Notes: generated from the letters alone by a model not told the origin. A DNA stretch of 54,518 nucleotides from Candidatus Nanopelagicales bacterium (GCA_041675125.1 JBAYUM010000002.1:1-54518), one strand, 5' to 3'; shown: positions 40,653-51,510, numbered from the stretch's first letter. Made by a program: numbers and translations.

Positions 40653-41975
40653 CTACAGGATTCCGTCGTCGATGAGCCGCGTGGCCAGGGCGGCGATCGG
40701 GCTGCGCTCGGACTTGGTCAGGGTGACATGGGCGAACAACGCCTCGCCCTTGAGCCGCTCGACCACCGCCGCGATGCCGTCGTGACGGCCGACGCGAAGG
40801 TTGTCCCGCTGGGCGACGTCATGTGTCAGGAACACCCGACTGTTCCTGCCCAGTCGCGAGATGGCAGTGAGGATTGTCGAGCGCTCGAGGTTCTGCGCCT
40901 CGTCCAGGATGACGATGGTGTCGGTCAGGGTGCGACCGCGCACATAGGTCAAGGGCAGTACCTCGAGGATCCCTCGATCCGTGATCTCCTCGATGGTGTT
41001 GTCGCTTGCAATGGACTCGAGCGCGTCCTTGGTGGCCGCCGAGAACGGCGACATCTTCTCCGCCTCGGTTCCGGGAAGGAAGCCGATCTCCTGGCCGCCC
41101 ACGGCGAACACCGGTCGGAATACCACGATGCGCTTGGCCTCGCGACGCTCCAGCACCAGCTCCAGCCCAGCCGCCAGTGCAAGGACCGACTTGCCGGTTC
41201 CTGCCGCACCGCCCAGTGACACCACGCCGATCTCCGGGTCCAGCAGATGGGACAGTGCGATGCGCTGCTCGGCCGATCGACCGTGGACACCGAAGGCGTC
41301 CAGATCACCGCGCACCTGCTCGAGTCGCTTGTCAACGGTGACACGCGCCAGACCTGACGATGAAGGCGACAGCAGCACGACGCCGGTATTCACCGGCAGG
41401 TCATGATCGAAGAGCTCGATCGAGCCGTGGGTGTAGAGGTCGTCGACATCCTCTCGCGAGGCCTCGATCTCGACCAGACCCGTGTATCCCGAATCCGCAA
41501 CCTGCTCACGCCGATACTCCTCGGCAGGAATCCCCAGAGCACCATGGGCGAGCAGGCGCATGGGGAGGTCCTTGGACACGACGACAACATCATGTCCGTC
41601 TCGACGCAGTCCTTCCGCGACCGACAGGATGCGTGTGTCATTGCTGCGCTCTGACCGAATGGCCTCAGGTAGATGCGAGGTGTCAACATGGTTGATCTCG
41701 ATGCGAACGGTGCCGCCTTGGGGATTGACCACGATGCCCTTGCGCAGATCCGAATGCGGTTCCTGGCGCAGGGCCTCAAGCGAACGCAGCACGGTTCGGG
41801 CGTTGTAGCCGAGCACGGGGTCATGCCGCTTGTCCTCGAGTTCCTTGATCACCACGAGTGGCAGCACCACCGCATGCTCAGCGAATGAGCGCAATGCGGT
41901 GGGGTCTGACAGCAACACCGATGTATCCAGGACGTAGGTACGAGTATCAGCCTTACCGGCTCGAAATGACGACAC
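40653..41975 (-). CDS. phoH2: PhoH2: N-terminal PIN domain fused to a PhoH-like ATPase
   Basis: TYVLDTSVLLSDP (PIN) and GAAGTGKSVLALA (Walker A). GTG 41975 lies 10 nt after AGGAGG. GTG 42002 is an alternative start. Confidence 0.85.
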   Translation of the reverse strand: MSSFRAGKADTRTYVLDTSVLLSDPTALRSFAEHAVVLPLVVIKELEDKRHDPVLGYNARTVLRSLEALRQEPHSDLRKGIVVNPQGGTVRIEINHVDTSHLPEAIRSERSNDTRILSVAEGLRRDGHDVVVVSKDLPMRLLAHGALGIPAEEYRREQVADSGYTGLVEIEASREDVDDLYTHGSIELFDHDLPVNTGVVLLSPSSSGLARVTVDKRLEQVRGDLDAFGVHGRSAEQRIALSHLLDPEIGVVSLGGAAGTGKSVLALAAGLELVLERREAKRIVVFRPVFAVGGQEIGFLPGTEAEKMSPFSAATKDALESIASDNTIEEITDRGILEVLPLTYVRGRTLTDTIVILDEAQNLERSTILTAISRLGRNSRVFLTHDVAQRDNLRVGRHDGIAAVVERLKGEALFAHVTLTKSERSPIAALATRLIDDGIL

Positions 41976-42120
41976 GGGCGCTCGGCCTCCTATTGGGGCC
42001 ACGACCGGGCCCCGGTGCGGATTCGCACCCGCGGCTGCGGGCGCGTTATCAAGACGCTAGAACTGAACGGACCCGTTGAAGTGGCGCCACGCCGGGCGCT
42101 TTATTGCCATCAGGTTAACG

Positions 42121-42882
42121 TCAGGAGCCGTATCGACGATGGCGATCACCGTATGACCGCAGAGCGCGTAGGAAGTCGACATGACGGAAGTCCGGCCAGT
42201 AGGCCTCGCAGAAATAGAACTCGGAGTGAGCGCTCTGCCAGAGCAGGAATCCGGAGAGTCGCTGTTCCCCGGAGGTGCGAATCACGAGATCGGGATCGGG
42301 CTGACCCTTGGTGTACAGGTGCTCGGCAATGTGCTCCGCGTCGATGAACTGGGCGAGCTCATCCAGCGAGGTCCCCTGATCTGCATGCTCCTGCATCAGC
42401 GAGCGAACGGCATCGACGACCTCGCGCCGTCCTCCGTAGCCCACTGCGATGTTGACGAGCGCGCCGGGGGCGGTTGTCGTGGCCTCCTCGGCCTCCTTCA
42501 GCAGTCGCGCGGTCTGATCGGGAAGCAGGTCGAGAGCACCCACTGGATGCAGTCGCCACTTGGCCTGCTGCTTCAGGTCGGTGACCGTCTCTTCGATGAT
42601 GCCCATGAGCGCGGTGAGCTCATCGGCCGGACGGTTCAGGTTATCCGTCGACAGCAGCCACAACGTGACCAGCTCGACACCGGCGTCATCACACCATCCG
42701 AGGAACTCCTCGATCTTCGCAGCACCTGCTCGATGACCGGCGGAAGAGCTTGATCCCTGCGCCTCGGCCCAGCGGCGGTTGCCATCGAGAATCACGCCGA
42801 CGTGCCGGGGCACCTGATCGCTGGTGATCTGGGACGCGAGTCTTCGCTCGTAGATCCCATAGATGATGTCGGCGAGCCCCAC
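42121..42882 (-). CDS. uppS: cis-prenyltransferase (short-chain Z-isoprenyl diphosphate synthase, Rv1086-like)
   Basis: PRHVGVILDGNRRWA, DPDLVIRTSGEQRLSGFLLWQSA and a RHRRYG tail. Confidence 0.9.
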   Translation of the reverse strand: MGLADIIYGIYERRLASQITSDQVPRHVGVILDGNRRWAEAQGSSSSAGHRAGAAKIEEFLGWCDDAGVELVTLWLLSTDNLNRPADELTALMGIIEETVTDLKQQAKWRLHPVGALDLLPDQTARLLKEAEEATTTAPGALVNIAVGYGGRREVVDAVRSLMQEHADQGTSLDELAQFIDAEHIAEHLYTKGQPDPDLVIRTSGEQRLSGFLLWQSAHSEFYFCEAYWPDFRHVDFLRALRSYGDRHRRYGS

Positions 42883-42891
42883 AGGCGCAGG

Positions 42892-44913
42892 CTACTCCCC
42901 GAGGCGCATTCCCACCTGTTCTGCCAGTGCCAAGGGATCGGTGGTGGGCAGTTCGCAGGTGAATCCCCGGCACACATATGCAGCCGCCAGACCGCCTACG
43001 AGCGACCGGTCGCGCAGGAGCGGCACGGAACTGCCGGCCTCGCCCACTGCGACAACGGCTCCCGGGGCCGTTGCGGCCAGGGCCACCGACCTCAGGACTG
43101 AGGTCGCCGCATCGTCGGACTGGCCGATCACTGCGATCTCGATCGGCCCATCGATCAGGGCTGCCACGGCCGCCAGCCCCCAGCCGCAGGAACGCGGGGA
43201 GCGCTGGGCCAGATCGGTCACGACAGCGAGCGCCTGCTCGGCGACCACGCGGTACTCCGATACCCCCGTGATCGCGGCGTAGGTCACACAGGCGTTCGCC
43301 ACTGCGAACCATCCGGAAGGCTCGGCATTGTCCGAAGGATCCTGAGGACGCTGCACCAATGCGGGTGCGTCATCCGAGGTGTTGAAGAAGCCTCCCTGGC
43401 CGTCGCGGAAATGCTGGATCGCCACATCGAGCAGAACACCGGCCAGGGCCAGCCAGCTGTCATCACCGGTGACTTGGTAGAGCGCAAGGAAGCCCTCGGC
43501 AACGCTGCCGTAGTCGTCGAGCACTCCGTAGTTGGTGCCGGGCCTGCCGTCGCGAGAGGTGCGGCAGAGACGATCGTCACCGTGTGCACCCAGATGCACC
43601 GCAAGCAGGAGGTCCGCGGCACCGGCGGCCGCCTCGATCCATTCGACCTCATCGAGCAGTGCACCGGCCTCAGCCAGGGCTGCGATTGCCAGACCGTTCC
43701 AGGCCGCGACGATCTTGTCGTCCCGGCCCGGGTGGACCCGGGTCGATGCGCGATGCTGGAAGAGTCGTCCGCGAAGGCGTGACCAGCGAAATCCATCACT
43801 CGGTTCATGCAGCAGCTGCAAGGTGGAGAACCCGTGCTCGAAGGTCCCGGTATCAGTCACGCTCAGCAGCTCGACAGCCCACGGGCCATCAGTCTCACCG
43901 AGGACGTCGATGATCTCCTGAGGCTTCCAGGCATAGAACCTTCCCTCGACTCCCTCGGTATCGGCATCGAGCGCCGCCGCGAACCCCCCTTGCGGAGTCA
44001 TGAGCTCGCGAATCATGAACTCAGCGGTCTCACGCACGACGCGAGCCGCAGTACGCGAGCCGGTGAGTCGATACCAGTGCGCATAGGCCCGAAGCAGCAA
44101 GGCGTTGTCGTACAGCATCTTCTCGAAATGCGGCACCGTCCACGATGGGTCGACCGAGTAGCGCGCGAAACCGCCGCCCAGTTGATCGTATATACCGCCA
44201 CGGGCCATGGCCTCCAGCGTGCGCTCGGCCATGTGCAAGGCGTTGGAGTCCTTGGTGCGAGCAGCCTCACGCAGGAGGAACTCGAGCACCATCGACGGTG
44301 GGAATTTCGGGGCGTAGCCGAAGCCTGCATTGACCTCGTCGAAGTCGGTGAGCAGGCGAGCGACCGACTGCTCGAGCACCGCTGACGTCGGGAACTCGCT
44401 GCCTGCGGGCAGGGCACGCTTCTGCAAGGCTTCGACGACGCGGCCCGCGACCCCCAGGACGTCCGAGCGCCGCTGCACCCAGGTATCGCTCAACGCTGTC
44501 AGCACATCCATGAAGCCCGGCAGGCCACTGCTGGCCTGTTTCGGAAAGTACGTGCCGGCGTAGAAGGGCTGGCCATCGTGATCAAGGAACACGCTCATCG
44601 GCCAGCCGCCGCTGCCTGTCAGCGCAATGGTCGCCTGCATGTACACCGCGTCGATGTCCGGTCGCTCCTCCCGATCGAGCTTGATGGCGACGAAGTTCTG
44701 ATTGATGAGTGCAGCCACCTCGTCGTCCTCGAACGACTCGTGCGCCATGACATGGCACCAATGGCAGGCCGAGTAGCCCACCGACAGGAAGATCGGCACG
44801 TCACGGCGTCGCGCCTCCGCGAAGGCCTCGTCCGACCACTCCTGCCAGTCCACGGGATTCTCGGCATGCTGCAGCAGATACGGGCTGGTGGAATGGACGA
44901 GACGGTTGGTCAT
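42892..44913 (-). CDS. thioredoxin-domain protein, DUF255/YyaL-like (Trx + six-hairpin glycosidase-like fold)
   Basis: [17 protein letters not shown]...[16 protein letters not shown]. It is trimmed to ATG 44913. Confidence 0.85.
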   Translation of the reverse strand: MTNRLVHSTSPYLLQHAENPVDWQEWSDEAFAEARRRDVPIFLSVGYSACHWCHVMAHESFEDDEVAALINQNFVAIKLDREERPDIDAVYMQATIALTGSGGWPMSVFLDHDGQPFYAGTYFPKQASSGLPGFMDVLTALSDTWVQRRSDVLGVAGRVVEALQKRALPAGSEFPTSAVLEQSVARLLTDFDEVNAGFGYAPKFPPSMVLEFLLREAARTKDSNALHMAERTLEAMARGGIYDQLGGGFARYSVDPSWTVPHFEKMLYDNALLLRAYAHWYRLTGSRTAARVVRETAEFMIRELMTPQGGFAAALDADTEGVEGRFYAWKPQEIIDVLGETDGPWAVELLSVTDTGTFEHGFSTLQLLHEPSDGFRWSRLRGRLFQHRASTRVHPGRDDKIVAAWNGLAIAALAEAGALLDEVEWIEAAAGAADLLLAVHLGAHGDDRLCRTSRDGRPGTNYGVLDDYGSVAEGFLALYQVTGDDSWLALAGVLLDVAIQHFRDGQGGFFNTSDDAPALVQRPQDPSDNAEPSGWFAVANACVTYAAITGVSEYRVVAEQALAVVTDLAQRSPRSCGWGLAAVAALIDGPIEIAVIGQSDDAATSVLRSVALAATAPGAVVAVGEAGSSVPLLRDRSLVGGLAAAYVCRGFTCELPTTDPLALAEQVGMRLGE

Positions 44914-44932
44914 TCGGCAATCCTGCCTCAGG

Positions 44933-45376
44933 TCAGCCGGCGCGCAGCACCAGCAGGAACTGCCCGCCCCCTGGCTCGACATGCGTCGTCACCGCCAGGT
45001 CCGGAGCGAACCGGGACAGGCGGTCCACCAGCCATTGGGCCGCCTGGTCGGCGTCGGCTCGACTCGGGCAACGGGCCACCACTTCCTGACCGCCCTTGCG
45101 GGTCATCCGATCGACCGTCAACACGATCGGGGCCGGGTCCACGACGAACAACTCCGAGGACCAGGGCACGACGGGCGGGATCTTGCCCTTGCGAGTGTTG
45201 CAGGCCCGGTGCGCGAGGCGCTCCACTCCTGCGGATCCCTTCTTGCCCTTTGGCGCGGCACCGCCGTCGACGCTCGGGCCACGATCGGCGTTGACGGATG
45301 CCTCGGGGTCGACGGGCTCGTCGCACAGCCAGCAGCGCCAGCCATCACGCTCGCCAACCTCATTCAGGTCGCTCAT
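44933..45376 (-). CDS. HNH-like zinc-finger protein (apparently degenerate) with an unknown C-terminal domain
   Basis: [14 protein letters not shown]...PSVDGG...[11 protein letters not shown]. The next gene starts 19 nt downstream of its stop. Confidence 0.5.
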   Translation of the reverse strand: MSDLNEVGERDGWRCWLCDEPVDPEASVNADRGPSVDGGAAPKGKKGSAGVERLAHRACNTRKGKIPPVVPWSSELFVVDPAPIVLTVDRMTRKGGQEVVARCPSRADADQAAQWLVDRLSRFAPDLAVTTHVEPGGGQFLLVLRAG

Positions 45377-45422
45377 GACCGCAGGCTACGTGATGCTGCT
45401 GATCGCCATCGGCCTGCTGGGC

Positions 45423-46271
45423 TCAGACCTGTGCAGACCCTGTCTCCGGGGACTTCCTGGTGCCGACAGCAGCCCAGAAGACCTCGTCGGAGAAGCGGAT
45501 GTCCTCCAGGCCGGCAGCAGTCATCATCGCGGTGATCTGGGCGCGGGAGAATCGCTGTTCCAACTGCGTTCCGAACCTGTCTCGGGCATCGGTGCGCATG
45601 ACGTAGAAACTGCGGTGCCGGTAGTACGACAGCGGCAGAACCGACACCTGCATGCCCAGCCGTTCGAGCAGTGCGCTGAGTCGGGCCAGTGGCCAGTACA
45701 CAACGATGGCGATGGCAGTGGAGACAGCGTTCCTCACCGGATAAGGCGACCGGCTCACCCCACGACGGAAGACATCGCTGACCTTCCACAGCCCCCGAAA
45801 CCACCAGGGCCGGTTCTCGAACGAGTAGTACAGGTACAGCAGCAGCGGCGCACCAGGTTTCAAGACGTCTGCACAGCTCGCGATCGCGGCCTGCGTGTCC
45901 GGCACATGGTGCAGAACGCCCAATGAATATGCGAAGTCGAGGGAACCGGCTTCCACAGGAAGCGCATCGACACTCGCGACCAGCACCTCGCAATTGGCCA
46001 GTTCGGCGAGATTGCCGCGGGCCACATCGGCTGCGGCACTGCTCGCATCGATGCACAAGAGGCGCCCGACCCGGGGTGCGACCTCAATGGCCCACCTGCC
46101 GCTTCCGCAGCCGATATCGATCCCGGCCGCATCTTCGGGGAGGACATCCCAGGGAAAGATCGCGAAGTACTGCTCGAAGAGCTCGCGTCGCTCCGCTGCA
46201 CCCATCCTCGACTGGTCGTAGCGGGACCACTCATCGCCGAATGCATCGACGACGGCATCGTCCCTGTTCAT
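45423..46271 (-). CDS. class I SAM-dependent methyltransferase
   Basis: Motif I GIDIGCGSGRWA, LDFAYSLGVLHHV, and a C-terminal extension with a hydrophobic segment. Confidence 0.8.
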   Translation of the reverse strand: MNRDDAVVDAFGDEWSRYDQSRMGAAERRELFEQYFAIFPWDVLPEDAAGIDIGCGSGRWAIEVAPRVGRLLCIDASSAAADVARGNLAELANCEVLVASVDALPVEAGSLDFAYSLGVLHHVPDTQAAIASCADVLKPGAPLLLYLYYSFENRPWWFRGLWKVSDVFRRGVSRSPYPVRNAVSTAIAIVVYWPLARLSALLERLGMQVSVLPLSYYRHRSFYVMRTDARDRFGTQLEQRFSRAQITAMMTAAGLEDIRFSDEVFWAAVGTRKSPETGSAQV

Positions 46272-46285
46272 GGTGATCGTGCTCG

Positions 46286-47149
46286 CTAGTCGTGCAGCTC
46301 AGCACGACCGTGTTTCACCACTGTCACTCCGTTGGACGAGGCCTCGAATGCGTACATCCGCTTTCCTTCCGCCGAGATGCCAGCATCGAACAGGGCGACT
46401 TCCAGCTGCTGTCGAGGAAACACCGGGGCCGAGAAACGCCCGGCAAGTCGCGCAAGCCTGGCAGGATCACCCTCGCCGACGAGCTTCACGACTGCGCCGC
46501 TGCACATGGCGAAGGTGCACAGGCCCTGGATGATCTTGCTCGGGAATCCCTCGGCCCGTGCAGCCTCGTCACTGATGGCGTGCGCATTGCGGTCGCCCGA
46601 CGCACCGCCGTAGCGAAATCCCTGATCCGGCGAGATGTCGAAGACATAGGTGCCGACGGGCTTGTCACGCGCTGCATCCGGGAAGAGGTGATCGGGCAGG
46701 TCACTGCCCCGCTCGTGGTCCACCTTGCCGCCCACATGCATGCCAGTCCAGTAGTGACGCAGCAGCAACTGCCCGTCGAGGTCCAGAACGCTCAGCTCAT
46801 TTGAGATCACCACTCCTGCGGGAGTCTGCTTGACCCCATGGTGCTGCCCGGTGATGCGCACCTTCGACCCTGGACGAACAGGGGCGAAGTAATGCACATC
46901 GTGCATGCCGTGAACGGATGCACGGGTGCCGGTGATCGCACCCTCGGGCACTGCCGAGCTCATGGTGTCGGTGAAGGCCTTGACGACCAGGGTCGACGTG
47001 TACAGCGGCGAGGCCACCGCCCCTGTCCGGCACAGTTCATTGGGGTCGTCAGTGGCCAGGGCATAGGCCAGGACCGCATCGGCATCGACATAGGCTTCAT
47101 AGTCGCTTGGCAGCGTCTGGGATTGCATCACAGGCTGCACGTTAGCCAA
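46286..47149 (-). CDS. double hot-dog MaoC-like (R)-hydratase/dehydratase
   Basis: 287 aa with the two-hot-dog arrangement. The C-terminal half contains [25 protein letters not shown], the MaoC signature. Confidence 0.75.
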   Translation of the reverse strand: MANVQPVMQSQTLPSDYEAYVDADAVLAYALATDDPNELCRTGAVASPLYTSTLVVKAFTDTMSSAVPEGAITGTRASVHGMHDVHYFAPVRPGSKVRITGQHHGVKQTPAGVVISNELSVLDLDGQLLLRHYWTGMHVGGKVDHERGSDLPDHLFPDAARDKPVGTYVFDISPDQGFRYGGASGDRNAHAISDEAARAEGFPSKIIQGLCTFAMCSGAVVKLVGEGDPARLARLAGRFSAPVFPRQQLEVALFDAGISAEGKRMYAFEASSNGVTVVKHGRAELHD

Positions 47150-47173
47150 TGGGCTGCGACCTATGGTTGGCCC

Positions 47174-47851
47174 ATGCCATTACCCCTCGAGGAGCTCGTG
47201 CATCCCACGTGGGTGCCGATTCTCGACAGCGAGCGAGAGAGGCTGGCCGACCTCGGCGAGTTCCTTCGGGCCGAGACCCAGGCAGGCCATGCGTGGTTTC
47301 CCGCCGGAGGCAGCATCCTTCGGGCGTTCTCCCAGCCACTGCCCGACGTGCGGGTGCTGATCATGGGCCAGGACCCATACCCGACTCCCGGTCACGCCGT
47401 CGGCCTGTCCTTCAGCGTCGCACCGGAAGTGCGCCCGATCCCACGCAGTCTGGCCAATATCTACAAGGAGCTCATCAGCGATCTCGGTGTGCCCATGCCG
47501 GTCAACGGAGACCTGACGCCGTGGACCGACCAGGGCGTGCTGCTGCTCAACCGGGTGCTGACAGTCAGGTCGGGCGAGCCCGGCAGCCATCGAGGCAAGG
47601 GCTGGGAGCGATTCACCGAGGTTGCCATTCGCGGATTGGCAGCGCGGCCTGCTCCCCTCGTCGCGATCCTGTGGGGCAGGGATGCGCAATCGATCGCTTC
47701 CATGCTGCCGGATGTCCCGGTCATCGCCTCGGCCCATCCCAGCCCGATGTCAGCAGACCGCGGATTCTTCGGATCGCGGCCCTTCAGCCGAGCGAACACG
47801 ATGCTGCAGGCAGCCGGTCAGGCTGCGATCGACTGGGAACTGCCTAGCTGA
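47174..47851 (+). CDS. ung: uracil-DNA glycosylase, family 1
   Basis: [22 protein letters not shown] and HPSP motifs. It is trimmed to ATG 47174. Confidence 0.9.
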   Translation: MPLPLEELVHPTWVPILDSERERLADLGEFLRAETQAGHAWFPAGGSILRAFSQPLPDVRVLIMGQDPYPTPGHAVGLSFSVAPEVRPIPRSLANIYKELISDLGVPMPVNGDLTPWTDQGVLLLNRVLTVRSGEPGSHRGKGWERFTEVAIRGLAARPAPLVAILWGRDAQSIASMLPDVPVIASAHPSPMSADRGFFGSRPFSRANTMLQAAGQAAIDWELPS

Positions 47852-48242
47852 TCTGGGTCGGCTCCGACCTGCGCGCCAGGTCCTTGTGCACCGATCGTTC
47901 GGCTACAAACGACATGAACGGGATCGTTCCGGCCAACAGGATCAGCACGGTGCGTCCGATGTTGTAGCGCAGCCGGAAGGCAAGGTCGACGCCAGTGATG
48001 AGGTAGAGGAAATAGGCCCAGCCATGCACCAGCCACAGCACTCCATAGACCGTGGGCTTCTGCGCATCAGCACTGAAGAAGCTCGACGGGCTCTGCCCAT
48101 CGGCCATCCACATGATGATCAGCACGACCATCCAGGTGAATGCCGTTGCGAGCACGACACCCGTGACATAGGCCATGACGCGATAGCGCAATGCAGCGCC
48201 AGGTATTCCCTTCACAGGGCTCAGGCTAACGACTGGCGACAT
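47844..48242 (-). CDS. DUF3817 (TIGR03954-like) integral membrane protein
   Basis: Four TM helices, with [15 protein letters not shown] at the N-terminus. GTG 48215 is an alternative start that avoids overlap with the kinase. Confidence 0.6.
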   Translation of the reverse strand: MSPVVSLSPVKGIPGAALRYRVMAYVTGVVLATAFTWMVVLIIMWMADGQSPSSFFSADAQKPTVYGVLWLVHGWAYFLYLITGVDLAFRLRYNIGRTVLILLAGTIPFMSFVAERSVHKDLARRSEPTQIS

Positions 48243-49143
48243 CGGCAGCGAATGGCGGCTGTGCCCCTGCCTTCTGGCAGGTCAGTCCCGCGACGCGAAT
48301 GCCGAAGCTCACCGCCGCCACGACATGATCCATATCCTGCAGATCCCTTCGCAGGCAGTCATGCGACTGCCAGTACGAGAGAAAGCCGCCGCTGAATGCG
48401 TCACCTGCACCGACAGTGTCGACGACGTCTATGGGCGGCACCGCAATCACCACCTCAGCTCGTGGTCCGATGACTCGCACGGCCTGCGCCCCATCGGTGA
48501 CCAGCACCAATGCACGCGATTCATGCTGCAGGCGGCGCGCTGCAGCGACCAGGTCGAGTTCGGGGCTGAGGAAGTGCAGATCATCGCCGCTCACCTTGAT
48601 CACATCGGCCCTGGCGAGAACCGCCTGCAACGTCGGGTGGAATACCGCAGAGTCCCGCATGGCCGATGGCCGGCAGTTCGGGTCGATCATCACCAGGCAT
48701 TCGCTTGCGACCGAGTCCACGACCGCTCGAGTCGCGTGGGCCAATGGCTCGAGCATCAACCCGAGGGTGCCCACGTGCAGCACTCTGGTGTCAGGGTCCA
48801 GCGCGCGCACAGCCTGCGCAGGCCGCACCGACGCAGCAGCCGTGCCCTCGACCATGAAGCGGTAGGTCGCCGCGCCTGCCGGATCCAACTGCGCGATCGC
48901 CAGCGAGGTCGGCTCGGCTAGCAGATCACCCAGTGCGAGGCCGACACCGTCCTGGTCGAGGAGTCGCCTGATGCGTCGGCCGAATGCATCGCTGGAGACG
49001 CCACCGAGAAATGTGACCGCATGCCCGAGCCGGGCCAGGGTGCGCGCCGTGTTGAGCGGCGCACCGCCGACGACTGACGTCACTTCGCCTTCGGGAGACA
49101 CGATGATGTCGATGAGAGCCTCACCCATCACGGTGATCATCAT
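48226..49143 (-). CDS. PfkB-family carbohydrate kinase (fructokinase-like)
   Basis: N-terminal VVGGAPLNTA and C-terminal DTVGAGDAF motifs. Confidence 0.8.
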   Translation of the reverse strand: MMITVMGEALIDIIVSPEGEVTSVVGGAPLNTARTLARLGHAVTFLGGVSSDAFGRRIRRLLDQDGVGLALGDLLAEPTSLAIAQLDPAGAATYRFMVEGTAAASVRPAQAVRALDPDTRVLHVGTLGLMLEPLAHATRAVVDSVASECLVMIDPNCRPSAMRDSAVFHPTLQAVLARADVIKVSGDDLHFLSPELDLVAAARRLQHESRALVLVTDGAQAVRVIGPRAEVVIAVPPIDVVDTVGAGDAFSGGFLSYWQSHDCLRRDLQDMDHVVAAVSFGIRVAGLTCQKAGAQPPFAADVASR

Positions 49144-49149
49144 GAAAAC

Positions 49150-49938
49150 CTAGTCGAGCGCCTCATCCCGCGTCGGCGCCTGGGCATCCAGCCACAGCCA
49201 GCGGAAGTACACGCCGACGACGAACAACGCGAACACCCACCATTGAAAGGCGTAGAAGAAGTTCTGCAACGGGAACGCGACGTCATTGGCCTGGGCGTTC
49301 ACCGGCACTGGCTGTGGCGAGGGCTTGGCATCCGGCACCTGTGATTGCAGGGTGACGTACCCGGCCCGCGCAGCGGGACCCCAATTCAGGCTCTGCTGGG
49401 AGATGGCGGCAACTGTCGACCCTGCCGCCTGCTCAGCGCCCTTGTAGAACGACTCATCGGCCTGCAGCACGCCCTGGATGCGCACTTCGCCGGAAGGCGG
49501 ATCGATGCCTGGGGCATCCACCGCGGGCAGCCAGCCCCGCATCACCGCGATCAGGCTTCCATCAGCGAGCCGCAGCGGGGTCACGACCCAGACACCGGGA
49601 CTGTCATGCAATTCGCGCTGGACCACTACACGTTGGAGTGCTGGCTGATAGACGCCGACCGCGATGACTGGACGGCCGACCGTCTCGTTCGTGATCGGCT
49701 GGCCCACCTGATTCAGGTCATCAACGGCAACGGGCACAGCTGCTGAAGCACGCTCACTCGCAAGGGCATCCTGCGTTCGCTCCCACTGCCAATGGCCGAG
49801 GAAGATGAAGAGTGCAATGAGGAGAAGGCCCAGCAGCGCCCGCAGGATGTAGGCCGGCGTGCGTGCTAGCCGCCAGAGCTCATTCGCTGTCGGTCGGGCC
49901 ATCAACTCGCGGAGGATCGATCGGAAGGTTCTCGTCAA
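49150..49938 (-). CDS. SURF1-family cytochrome oxidase assembly protein
   Basis: Two flanking TM helices and the GHWQWER motif. The start is uncertain (49938 or 49902). Confidence 0.7.
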   Translation of the reverse strand: MTRTFRSILRELMARPTANELWRLARTPAYILRALLGLLLIALFIFLGHWQWERTQDALASERASAAVPVAVDDLNQVGQPITNETVGRPVIAVGVYQPALQRVVVQRELHDSPGVWVVTPLRLADGSLIAVMRGWLPAVDAPGIDPPSGEVRIQGVLQADESFYKGAEQAAGSTVAAISQQSLNWGPAARAGYVTLQSQVPDAKPSPQPVPVNAQANDVAFPLQNFFYAFQWWVFALFVVGVYFRWLWLDAQAPTRDEALD

Positions 49939-50077
49939 CCTTCTTCAATTGGCGGTTCATCGACTTCCAGAGCAGGTAGAGCGCAATGCCAAGGATGACG
50001 ATGAACATGAGCGCAATCGGGCCGGCCTGGTCAATGACCGACTTCATTGCATCGTCTTCAGCTGCTGTGAACATCAT
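49880..50077 (-). CDS. small single-pass membrane protein
   Basis: PIALMFIVILGIALYLLW helix. The start is ATG 50077 or ATG 50047 (11 nt after the mca stop). Confidence 0.4.
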   Translation of the reverse strand: MMFTAAEDDAMKSVIDQAGPIALMFIVILGIALYLLWKSMNRQLKKVDENLPIDPPRVDGPTDSE

Positions 50078-50936
50078 CCCTCAATCCTGCGAATAGGTCA
50101 TTCTCCGGAATCGTCGTCGGCACGAGTGAGCGCACCAGCTCGAACTCCTCGGTGGGCCAGAGCCTTGCCTGCATCTCGAGCGGCACTGCGAACCAGGTGC
50201 CAGCAGGGTCAACCTGGGTGCGATGAGCCAGCAGCGCTGCGTCGCGCGTGGCGAAGTGGGTGGAAGCCTCGACACTGGTGGTGATGCGATGCGAGTCGTC
50301 GGGACGCTGCTCCATGCGGGTGATCCAGTCGACATAAGGCGACTCGGCACCAATGGCGAGCATCGCCTCGTGCAAGGCATACACGCGTGCGCGCGTGAAC
50401 TGCATGTTGTAGTAGATCTTCTGAACCTGCCAAGGCTCGGTCGTCGGATCGTAAGCAGGATCAGCTGCGGCCTCGATTGCGGCCATCGTGGCTTCGTGAA
50501 CCCGGATGTGATCAGGATGCGGATATCCGCCCTGCTCGTCATACGTGGTCACCACCTGCGGCTGGAACTGCCTCATGAGGCGCACCAGCGGCAGCGTCAC
50601 CACCTCAAGGGGGAGGTCTGCGAAGCACCCGGCTGGAAGCTGCGGGGGCAGGTCGGGGTCAGGGAAGCCGGAATCCTCGAAGCCCAGCCAGGCGTGCTGC
50701 ACTCCCAGGATCTGCGCAGCCATCGCCATCTCCCGGCGACGAACCTCGGCGATGCCGAGCTCCTGGACCTCGGCGTCCGCAGCACTGTGCAGCACATCGC
50801 CACGCTCACCGCCGGTGCATGTCACGACCATCACGTCAACACCCTCGGCCACATACTTGGCCGTGGTGGCCGCTCCCTTGCTGGCCTCGTCATCGGGATG
50901 CGCGTGGACAGCCATGAGGCGGAGCGAGGAGGTCAC
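50058..50936 (-). CDS. mca: LmbE-family amidase, mycothiol S-conjugate amidase-like
   Basis: [11 protein letters not shown] and HPDH. Its length (292 aa) and its position next to greA, as in mycobacteria, also fit. Confidence 0.8.
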   Translation of the reverse strand: MTSSLRLMAVHAHPDDEASKGAATTAKYVAEGVDVMVVTCTGGERGDVLHSAADAEVQELGIAEVRRREMAMAAQILGVQHAWLGFEDSGFPDPDLPPQLPAGCFADLPLEVVTLPLVRLMRQFQPQVVTTYDEQGGYPHPDHIRVHEATMAAIEAAADPAYDPTTEPWQVQKIYYNMQFTRARVYALHEAMLAIGAESPYVDWITRMEQRPDDSHRITTSVEASTHFATRDAALLAHRTQVDPAGTWFAVPLEMQARLWPTEEFELVRSLVPTTIPENDLFAGLRDDVHSS

Positions 50937-51004
50937 CCCCTAAGTCTCGCAAGTGCAGCACCGGGCGCAGAGGTCGGCCACCCAACCATCAGAATGGGAT
51001 CACC

Positions 51005-51469
51005 ATGACGACACCATTTCGCCCAGCCCAGCTCTCACCGGAGATGGTCGAGCGCTACGGCCTGAACCACCGCTCGCTCACGGGACGGATCGTCACCTAC
51101 ACGCTGGCGATCGGCTTTGCCCTGGTCCTCGGGTTCGTCGCCTATCAGGTGACCCGGCCTTCAGTAGAGGTCAATCTGATCTCGTGGAAGGTCATCTCAC
51201 CTGATCACGTGGATGTCACCTTCCGCGTGCACACCGGCGGTGCCGACCCAGTCACGTGCGTCGTGCGGGCCCAGGACCAGACTCGAGCCGATGTCGGCTA
51301 TGCGAGCGTCGTGGTCAATCCCGTTGACGGAGCAGCGACGGTCACCTACCCCCTTCGCACTGCCATTGGCGCCTACACGGCCGAGGTCCTCGGCTGTGGA
51401 TCAGATGGCATTCCGGCACCGCAGTTTCCGATCGGAGTCGTTCCCCCGAGCCAGCCGTGGAGTCCCTGA
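51005..51469 (+). CDS. DUF4307-like membrane-anchored protein
   Basis: One TM helix (IVTYTLAIGFALVLGFVAY) and a beta-rich domain. It occupies the conserved position between mca and greA. Confidence 0.6.
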   Translation: MTTPFRPAQLSPEMVERYGLNHRSLTGRIVTYTLAIGFALVLGFVAYQVTRPSVEVNLISWKVISPDHVDVTFRVHTGGADPVTCVVRAQDQTRADVGYASVVVNPVDGAATVTYPLRTAIGAYTAEVLGCGSDGIPAPQFPIGVVPPSQPWSP

Positions 51470-51510
51470 CCCGTGCCTTCGCTCCCGGTGAACGACTAGC
51501 CTTGTCGGCT

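Noticed and set aside
42014-42029. tRNA-like T-arm string GGTGCGGATTCGCACC (minus strand GGTGCGAATCCGCACC)
   Set aside because: The loop is only 4 nt, not the 7-nt T-loop, and no acceptor, D or anticodon arms can be drawn around it. It is more likely a simple hairpin in the uppS-phoH2 spacer.
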